Below the pieces are notes generated by a model that was not told the origin of the DNA, searched no databases, and saw nothing but the letters and a program-made list of their open reading frames with translations. Shown here piece after piece: positions 48,858-56,300 of a stretch of DNA of 64,000 nucleotides; position 1 is the first letter of the stretch; the number at the start of each line of letters is the position of its first letter. The translations under genes were made by a program, and so were the position numbers. This DNA is from an uncultured cyanobacterium (GTDB taxonomy: Bacteria > Cyanobacteriota > Cyanobacteriia > PCC-9006 > JAAUQQ01), in the NCBI GenBank assembly GCA_963718615.1, contig OY970368.1, positions 3,456,001-3,520,000 on the forward strand. Direction: 5' to 3'.

Positions 48858-49760
48858 TTGACCATGATCGATTCGCCGGAACTGCTCATTTTCGCCCAGC
48901 ATGGCTGGTCTGATACAGCCCAGGATCTGGAAGGGTTGGTGCGATCGCTCGCTCCGTCCAACGGTAAAGTCATTGCCCCTAGCCTCGATTTTTGGACCAC
49001 TTGGCTGCGCATTGAGCCCCTAATTCGCCAGAAAGAAGCGATTGTGGCAGAGGCGATCGCCGCCTATCCCAAAATTCCCATTCGCGTTGTAGGGCATTCC
49101 ATGGGGGGCCTGATCTGGACTGAGCTGTTGCATCGCCATCCTGAATGGTGGCCCCGGATTGAATCCTTTATTCTCGTCGGGTCTCCCATTGGGGGCTCTG
49201 ATCTTGCGCGCTTGATTGATCCCCTGGGTCTCGGTATTGGCATTGCGCGGGATCTGGGCCTCGGTCGCCGCGCCTTGGCGGCGGAGTTGGCCCAGCACAT
49301 ACCGATGCTTGTTATTGCCGCAGATATTGGGGAGGGGACTGACGGCATGGTGACCGTAGAATGCACTAAAATTCCTGGTGCTCAGTTTGTGCTGTTGCCG
49401 AATATTCCCCACGCGACGATGAAAGTCCATCCCAAGGTGGGCGAGGCAATTCAGCAGTTTTGGGCCCATCCTTCGTTTGTCGTGCGGGGTCAGCAGGATT
49501 TGGGCGATCGCCTCCTCGAACAGCTCTATGCCATCCCCGGCATGACAGATGCTTCCTATCGCAACTTTCCCCGTGCCAAAATCTGGCACACTTGGGACCA
49601 GGGCTTAACGCTGCGTACCTGGAAGAACTCGGCCCAGATTGAGCATGTCTTTCTGGCAGATGCCGCCGGGGATTGTCTGTTCGCAGGCTATGTGGGTTGG
49701 TTGCACAACGCTGATCTAAAGCGTCAGCTTGTGGAATTGAAAAATATCCAATCGACCTAA
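48858..49760 (+). CDS. Alpha/beta hydrolase
   Basis: QHGW, GHSMGG nucleophile elbow, TDG.V. Confidence 0.85.
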   Translation: MTMIDSPELLIFAQHGWSDTAQDLEGLVRSLAPSNGKVIAPSLDFWTTWLRIEPLIRQKEAIVAEAIAAYPKIPIRVVGHSMGGLIWTELLHRHPEWWPRIESFILVGSPIGGSDLARLIDPLGLGIGIARDLGLGRRALAAELAQHIPMLVIAADIGEGTDGMVTVECTKIPGAQFVLLPNIPHATMKVHPKVGEAIQQFWAHPSFVVRGQQDLGDRLLEQLYAIPGMTDASYRNFPRAKIWHTWDQGLTLRTWKNSAQIEHVFLADAAGDCLFAGYVGWLHNADLKRQLVELKNIQST

Positions 49761-49825
49761 AATCTAAAAATTACCAAAATCACTAAAATCATAAGGGTGG
49801 AGATTCGTCCTAGGGAACCAACAGA

Positions 49826-50710
49826 ATGAACGTCGCAATGATTGGCATGGGAACGATGGGGGCTGCAATGGCGCTTAATGTGCTCAAGGCGGGGCATGGG
49901 GTGACGGTGCATAATCGCAGGCGCGATCGCGAACTTCCCTTGGTTGCAGCGGGAGCAAACCGAGCGGATTCTCCCCAAGCGGCGGCGATGGGGGCAGCGG
50001 TCATTATTACCTGTGTGAGTGATACAACTGATGTGGAAGCGGTTATTCTGGGTGAAACGGGTGTGATTCAGAGTGCAGCCCCTGGCTCCGTGGTGGTTGA
50101 CATGTCAACCATTAGCCCCAGTGCCACCCGCCGCATTGCGGCAGCCCTGGCTGAGAAGCAAATTGCGATGCTAGATGCACCGGTTTCCGGGGGCTCGGAG
50201 GGGGCTAAAAATGGGACGCTTTCGATTATGGTGGGGGGTGATGCGGTTGCTTTAACAACAGCAATGCCAGTTTTGGAGGCGATGGGGAAAACCATTACCC
50301 ACGTGGGGCCGATTGGGGCAGGGCAGCTCACCAAGGCCATCAACCAAATTATTATTGCCGGGACTTACTGGGGGGTAGCGGAGGGGCTGGCCCTGGGAAT
50401 GAAGGCGGGGTTGGACATGGAAAAAGTGGTTCAGGCGGTGGGGGGCGGAGCGGCGGGCTCCTGGGGGCTGACCCATCGCTCGGGCAATATGCTCAACAAT
50501 GACTATCCCCTGGGGTTCCGAATGCGGTTCCACCGTAAGGATTTAGGGATTGCCCTGGAGGCGGCGCGGGAGTTGGGGGTGACAGTGCCGATGGCGGCGT
50601 TTGTGGAGCAGATCGAAAATGGTTTGATTAACCGGGGATTTGGGGATGAGGATGTGTCGGCGATCGCCCGAACGGTCCGGGAGCAATCGGGGATTGATGG
50701 GGAAGGATAG
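49826..50710 (+). CDS. NAD(P)-dependent beta-hydroxyacid dehydrogenase (3-hydroxyisobutyrate/tartronate semialdehyde family)
   Basis: IGMGTMG, DAPVSGG, G.GQLTKAINQ, KDL. Confidence 0.92.
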   Translation: MNVAMIGMGTMGAAMALNVLKAGHGVTVHNRRRDRELPLVAAGANRADSPQAAAMGAAVIITCVSDTTDVEAVILGETGVIQSAAPGSVVVDMSTISPSATRRIAAALAEKQIAMLDAPVSGGSEGAKNGTLSIMVGGDAVALTTAMPVLEAMGKTITHVGPIGAGQLTKAINQIIIAGTYWGVAEGLALGMKAGLDMEKVVQAVGGGAAGSWGLTHRSGNMLNNDYPLGFRMRFHRKDLGIALEAARELGVTVPMAAFVEQIENGLINRGFGDEDVSAIARTVREQSGIDGEG

Positions 50711-50725
50711 AGGCGAAAACGCCAT

Positions 50726-50947
50726 TTCCAGTCGCTCGGCTTCGGCGAGTTTGGCGGCGGCTTCTGCGGTTTTGCCTTGGTGCCCTAGGGCTTGGGCTTG
50801 GGCGTGAAGGAATTGGGCGGTTTCGGGGCGGCTCCAGGCTTGGGTTTTGCAGACTTCGTAGGCTTGGTGGGCGTAGTCGGTTTTGGGTACAACTAGATCG
50901 CTGTGGAACATGAGTTTGTTGCAGCAGTCCCGCAGCCAGTTTTGCCA
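50726..50947 (-). repeat. Orphan copy D of the 3' end of the caspase-STAND-WD40 gene (222 bp)
   Basis: Ungapped match to 53360-53581, ~26 mismatches counted by eye; encodes WQNWLRDCCNKLMFHSDLVVPKTDYAHQAYEVCK...KLAEAERLE. Confidence 0.93.
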
Positions 50948-50955
50948 AAAACCAA

Positions 50956-51297
50956 TCAATTGATGTCTAGAACGATCGCGAGAGCCTGGGTTACCTGAGT
51001 CATTGTCTTAGGACTGATCACTCCCAGTTGTCGGATTAATCGCTGCTGTGAGACAGAGCGTACCTGAAAAGCATCGGCTGCTGAAACTTTAGTCAGTTGA
51101 TTTTCTGGAGATGGGTCTAGCCGAACCATCCAGGGCACCTGGGAGAATGCCCCATTCCAGCCTGTGATGGGAACGATGACTTTGAGGCGGAGTTTACCGA
51201 TTTCGTCATTGTTGACAATGATTGCGGGTCGGGTTTTGCCGATTTCGTCACCCAAGGTGGGGTTGGCATTGTAGAGCCAGATTTCACCTCTACGCAT
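50956..51297 (-). CDS. mazF: Type II TA toxin, MazF/PemK family
   Basis: MRRGEIW...P..G.EI.KTRPAIIV.ND, IVPIT, QVRSVS..RL; alternative start 51306. Confidence 0.92.
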   Translation of the reverse strand: MRRGEIWLYNANPTLGDEIGKTRPAIIVNNDEIGKLRLKVIVPITGWNGAFSQVPWMVRLDPSPENQLTKVSAADAFQVRSVSQQRLIRQLGVISPKTMTQVTQALAIVLDIN

Positions 51298-51523
51298 AGT
51301 CTGCATAGTCCTGAATAGCTTCAGGATCCTCGTCGGTCCATTGGGTTAGTTCGCTGTTTGCTTCATAGAAAGGTTGCATCTGAGCAACGGCTTCGGCCAG
51401 GGTTGCGGATGGGGCTTTGGGGGCCAGGGCTCGGCGTAACAATTGGGAGGCGACTTCGATGACTTCTAGAATATCTTCCAGGGAGAAGTGGCGGAGGGCG
51501 GCGAGGACTTCAGCTTTGTTCAT
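51290..51523 (-). CDS. Putative antitoxin of MazF (77 aa)
   Basis: Overlaps toxin start, acidic C-terminus; N-terminal ~30 aa nearly identical to 52260-52493 protein. Confidence 0.75.
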   Translation of the reverse strand: MNKAEVLAALRHFSLEDILEVIEVASQLLRRALAPKAPSATLAEAVAQMQPFYEANSELTQWTDEDPEAIQDYADYA

Positions 51524-51633
51524 GGATTGTGCTGATCCAGAAGTGTCTGGGGTGGGGGTGAGGGTCATGGGGGAGGGTGGCGGTGGGTTTGGTGGTCTGT
51601 GATGTTCTATTTTAACGGGTCATTTTTTTGGGG

Positions 51634-51852
51634 TTCCAGCCGTTCGGCTTCGGCGAGTTTGGCGGCGGCTTCTGCGGTTTTGCCTTGGCACGCTAGGGCA
51701 TGGGCTTGAGCGAGAAAGAATTGGGCGGTTTCGGGGCGGGTCCAGGCGTGGGTTTTGCAGACCTCGCAGGCTCGGCGGGCAAAGTCGGTTTTAGGGTTGA
51801 CGAGATCGCTGTGGAACATGAGTTTGGTGCAGCAGTCGTGGAGCGAGTCGCG
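51634..51852 (-). repeat. Orphan copy C of the 3' end of the caspase-STAND-WD40 gene
   Basis: Encodes RDSLHDCCTKLMFHSDLVNPKTDFARRACEVCKTHAWTRPETAQF...KLAEAERLE. Confidence 0.92.
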
Positions 51853-51855
51853 CTA

Positions 51856-52242
51856 CTACCAAATCACAGTGACTGGATACTGGATGACGAACTGATCAAT
51901 GCTAATGATGGGGATTGCTTCAACTTGGCTCTGTGCCACCAAGAGACGATCGAAGGGGTCTCGATGTAAATCAGGCAGGAAGGCGATCTGAAGTACATGG
52001 GACAAGTTGACTGGCAGAATGGAAAACTGATTGGCTTCAAGACGAGAGGGAATGTAGGTTTGGGCGGGTTCTGGCAGTGTTAATTTTCCGGTTCCTTGTT
52101 TGATCGTGATTTCCCAAGCGCTCACGACACTGAAGATAATGGTGTTTTCAGGGTTGGTAATTGCCGCTCTGGCAACTGCTGATAGTTGTGCATTATCTGT
52201 GACCCACCAGAGGAAGGCATGGGTATCCAGAAGGATGTTCAT
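51856..52242 (-). CDS. vapC: Type II TA toxin, VapC/PIN domain
   Basis: LLDTHAFLWW, S..SAWEI.IK..GKL, HRDPFDRLLVAQ, SID. Confidence 0.93.
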   Translation of the reverse strand: MNILLDTHAFLWWVTDNAQLSAVARAAITNPENTIIFSVVSAWEITIKQGTGKLTLPEPAQTYIPSRLEANQFSILPVNLSHVLQIAFLPDLHRDPFDRLLVAQSQVEAIPIISIDQFVIQYPVTVIW

Positions 52243-52259
52243 CAGGATGAAGCATTGGA

Positions 52260-52493
52260 TTACAAGGGATTGAGGAAGTCATTCAGGATGCTGTCTGGGA
52301 GGGGATCGTTGAAGTCTGCTGCGACGAAGACTTTACCCTTGTCTTGGCCGGGGATGCGGGGGCGTAGGGCGGCGGCTGGTTTTGGGGTGGGCAGGATGAG
52401 TTTGCGCAGATGCTGGGAGGCGACTTCGATGACTTCTAGGATTTCTTCGAGGGAGAAGTGGCGCAGGGCGTCGAGAACTTCGGTTTTACTCAT
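52260..52493 (-). CDS. Putative antitoxin of VapC (77 aa)
   Basis: C-terminal R.PG..KGKV....DFNDPLP motif typical of VapC-linked antitoxins; directly upstream of vapC. Confidence 0.82.
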   Translation of the reverse strand: MSKTEVLDALRHFSLEEILEVIEVASQHLRKLILPTPKPAAALRPRIPGQDKGKVFVAADFNDPLPDSILNDFLNPL

Positions 52494-52559
52494 GGCGGGT
52501 TCTGGGTCGGATCGGGCTTGTCGTCTATTTTAGCGGGTCATGGGCTGGGCTCGGGGGCG

Positions 52560-52618
52560 AGCCGTTGGGCTTCGGTGAGTCTGGCGGCGGCGGCTTCGGG
52601 GTGGCCTTGAGTAGCCAG
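52560..52618 (-). repeat. Short degenerate copy B of the NLR gene 3' end
   Basis: Encodes LATQGHPEAAAARLTEAQRL vs LACQGKTAEAAAKLAEAERL. Confidence 0.7.
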
Positions 52619-52620
52619 AA

Positions 52621-53007
52621 CTAGGCGGCAATGGGGACTCTGGCGTCGAAGTGTTCAATGAGGAGGAGGCGCAGGTGGTCGAGTTGTTCGATGTATTGCT
52701 TGGTTTGAGGGTAGGTTGGCCAGTTTTCAAAGTACCAGGCCGTGAAGTAGTCGATTTGAAAAGCGTTGAGTTTGCGTAGGTGGTTGAGGGTTTCATCGTT
52801 GGGATGTAATGGTGGATTGAGGGAGATCGTCTCTACATACCCCTGAATGTCACCCGAAAATAGTTCAAGGGTGCCGAGAATTGAAAATTCTAGGTCCTCT
52901 TCCCATTGAGATAAGGCTTTGCGTTCGTCTTTCATTTGGCGATATAGATCGTCCATTTGAGCAGACAGCAATTGCATGTGAGTAATGGCTGGATTTATAG
53001 CTTTCAT
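52621..53007 (-). CDS. Hypothetical helical protein, candidate immunity/antitoxin
   Basis: 128 aa, starts 3 nt after stop of toxin-like gene; acidic. Confidence 0.6.
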   Translation of the reverse strand: MKAINPAITHMQLLSAQMDDLYRQMKDERKALSQWEEDLEFSILGTLELFSGDIQGYVETISLNPPLHPNDETLNHLRKLNAFQIDYFTAWYFENWPTYPQTKQYIEQLDHLRLLLIEHFDARVPIAA

Positions 53008-53010
53008 GGT

Positions 53011-53334
53011 TTAGTCATTCACTCCATAGGTTACGATTTTGCCGTTACGTTCAATTAGGAATTCATCCCCTTTATTCCAACGGGTGGCACCATCCGGGAG
53101 ATATTTCTTACGGGCTCCCTTTTTGTTGAAATTGGCGGCTTTGCGGAGGTAGCGTAGGTAGTCGTCTTCAAAACCATGTTTTTGGGCGTGTTTGACGATG
53201 CTGGCGGGAAGGGTGGGATAGGTAGCTTTGTCCCAGGCTTGGATGAGCTGCTGAATCTCGTCGGCTTCTTGGGGGGAGTAGCGATCGTAGAGGATGGCTT
53301 CATAGGGATCGGTGAAGTCGGGCGTTTCAGACAT
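53011..53334 (-). CDS. Small protein resembling polymorphic-toxin RNase (BECR-like) domain
   Basis: W.K.TY....SI.KHA.KHG....YLRKAA.F...GKIVTYG pattern; start MSETPDF at 53334. Confidence 0.6.
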   Translation of the reverse strand: MSETPDFTDPYEAILYDRYSPQEADEIQQLIQAWDKATYPTLPASIVKHAQKHGFEDDYLRYLRKAANFNKKGARKKYLPDGATRWNKGDEFLIERNGKIVTYGVND

Positions 53335-53341
53335 GGTTCTA

Positions 53342-56300
53342 TTATCCCTGATCCTTTCTTTCCAGCCGCTCGGCTTCGGCGAGTTTAGTAGTGGCTTCGG
53401 CGGTGTTGCCTTGGCGCTGGAGGTGGTGGGCCTGGGCGCGGAGGAAGCGGGCGGTTTCGGGGCGGGTCCAGGCGTGAGTTTTGCAGACTTCGCAGGCTTG
53501 GTGGGCGTAGTCGGTTTTGGGTACAACTAGGTCGCTGTGGAACATGAGTTGGTTGCAGCAGTCCCGCAGCCAGTCTTGCCAGGTGCCGCCGCGCCAGAGC
53601 CGCAGGGTATTATCCCTGCTGCCAGAAATAATCCGATCCCCCGTGGGGCTAAAGGCCACGGCCCACACCCAATCGGAATGGCCCTGGAACGGCTCCCCGA
53701 TCGTTCTGCCCTCTAAATCCCACAGCCGCAGGGTATTATCCTCGCTGCCAGAAATAATCCGATCCCCCGTGGGGCTAAAGGCCACGGCCCACACCGAACC
53801 CGAATGGCCCTGGAACGGCTCCCCGATCGTTCTGCCCTCTAAATCCCACAGCCGCAAGGTTCCGTCATTGCTGCCGGAGACAATCCGATCCCCCGTAGGG
53901 CTAAAAGCGACGGCCCTAACTGAATCCGAATGACCCTGAAACGCCTCCCCGTTGGCAGAGCCACTTCCCCAGGTAATCGTTCTGCCCTCTAAATCCCACA
54001 GCCGCAGGGTGCTATCCCGGCTGCCGGAAATAATCCGATCCCCCGTTGGGCTAAAGGCCACGGCCCACACCCAATCGGAATGGCCCTGGAACGGCTCCCC
54101 GATCGTTCTGCCCTCTAAATCCCACAGCCGCAGGGTGCTATCCCGGCTGCCAGAAATAATCCGATCCCCCGTTGGGCTAAAGGCCACGGCCCACACCCCA
54201 TCGGAATGGCCCTGAAACGGCTCCCCGTTGGCGGAGCCACTTCCGAGGGTAATCGTTCTGCCCTCTAAATCCCACAGCCGCAGAGTATTATCCTCGCTGC
54301 CAGAAATAATCCGATCCCCCGTAGGGCTAAAGGCCACGGCCCACACCCCATCGGAATGGCCCTGAAACGGCTCCCCGATCGTTCTGCCCTCTAAATCCCA
54401 CAGCCGCAGGGTATGATCGTCGCTGCCAGAAATAATCCGATCCCCCGTCGGGCTAAAGGCCACCGCCGTCACCGAATCCGAATGGCCCTGGAATGGCTCC
54501 CCGATCGTTCTGCCCTCTAAATCCCACAACCGCAGGGTATGATCGTCGCTGCCAGAAATAATCCGATCCCCTGTCGGGCTAAAGGCCACGGCCAACACCG
54601 AACCCGAATGGCCCTGAAACGGCTCCCCGATCGTTCTGCCCTCTAAATCCCACAACCGCAGAGTATTATCCCCGCTGCTGGAAATAATCCGATTCCCCGT
54701 GGGGCTAAAGGCCACGGCCAACACCGAACCCGAATGGCCCTGAAACGGCTCCCCGATCGTTCTGCCCTCTAAATCCCACAACCGCAGAGTATTATCCCCG
54801 CTGCCGGAAATAATCCGATTCCCCGTGGGGCTAAAGGCCACGGCCCACACCCCATCGGAATGGCCCTGAAACGGCTCCCCAATCGTTCTTCCCTCCAAAT
54901 CCCACAGCCGCAGGGTATTATCCCGGCTGCCGGAAATAATTCGATCCCCCTGGGGACTAAAGGCCACGGCATACACCGAATTCGTATGGCCCTGAAACGG
55001 CTCCCCGTTGGCGGAGCCACTTCCGAGGGTAATCGTTCTGCCCTCTAAATCCCATAGCCGCAGAGTATTATCCCCGCTGCCGGAAATAATCCGATCCCCC
55101 TGGGGGCTAAAGGCCACGGCCAACACCAAATTCGTATGGCCCTGAAACGGCTCCCCGATTGTTCTGCCCTCCAAATCCCACAGCCGCAGGGTATTATCCC
55201 GGCTGCCGGAAATAATCCGATCCCCCTGGGGGCTAAAGGCCACGGCCAACACCAAATTCGTATGGCCCTGAAACGGCTCCCCGATCGTTCTGCCCTCCAA
55301 ATCCCACAGCCGCAGGGTATTATCCGGGCTGCCGGAAATAATCCGATCCCCCTGGGGGCTAAAGGCGACGCAGGTCACTGCGCTTTTGTGTCCCTCCAGC
55401 TTCAGCCGCTCCTGAATTTTTGACCAAGCTTGGTTGAGCGCATCTTGTACCGGCGTAATTGCCTCCTGGAGCTGCTCAAGGCTCTCGCCCACCGTCGCAA
55501 TCGCCATTAAAGTTTGGTCAACGACTTTGGCCGGAGGAAGGCTCAAAATCCTTGTGCGGGCTTCACGCAAATTGGCAATGGCTAAAGCTTGCTTGAGGGC
55601 GGCGGCACTTTTTTGTTCCGCTTCGTCGCTGAGCTTAAAAAAGTCGCGCAGGTCAGCCGTCACCAACACCTGGGCGCGTTCGTCTCCCTCCAAAGCCTGC
55701 AACTCAGCCAACAGTCCCCCCTGGATCAAATACTTCTCATTCCGCCCCCGCTCCTCCCACTCCTCCAGCGCATCCTCCACCTTCTGCCGCAGCCGCAGCC
55801 GGTCCCGATCCTGCTGCCGCCACTCCACAAACCGCCCCCAGCCCCCCATCAACGCCTCATGGGCCAAATCAATCGTCGCTCCCCCATCCTCTCCATCACT
55901 ACTCACCGCCCCATCACTGACAAGCAACCGCCCCCGCACCAACTCCCCCATCACATCCACAATCTGCCGCTCCTGCACCCCATTCCCACTCGCCAACTTG
56001 AGCAAATTCCCCTTCAGTTGCCGCTGCCGCGTATCCGTTTCCCCCTTCCCAATCCGCACCAGTTGCAAACACACCCGCCGCGCCCAATCCCGCTCCACCT
56101 CATTCAGCGAGCCATACACCGCCTCCACCCGCGCATCCAACGCCCCCTGCAACCGCCCCATTTGCTGATAGGCAGCGGCAGTCAGCAACCGCTTCTGCCG
56201 GTCCCGCTGCGCCCACAACTCGGAGAGCGCAAACTCCAACAGCGGCAAACAATTCCGCTCCGACTCCACATCCGCCAAAATCAGCTCCAGCAATCCCGCC

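Noticed and set aside
50711-53340. Classical integron
   Set aside because: No tyrosine recombinase and no recognisable attC hairpins; the separators are protein-coding gene-tail copies.
53335-53526. N-terminal extension of ORF 53011..53526
   Set aside because: It is an alternative frame of the NLR gene tail; the plausible start is ATG 53334.
50726-53581. Diversity-generating retroelement (TR/VR pair)
   Set aside because: No reverse transcriptase in the window, and mismatches between copies are not confined to adenines.
53594-55397. CRISPR array
   Set aside because: The repeats are 126-bp in-frame WD40 coding units without unique spacers, and there are no cas genes.
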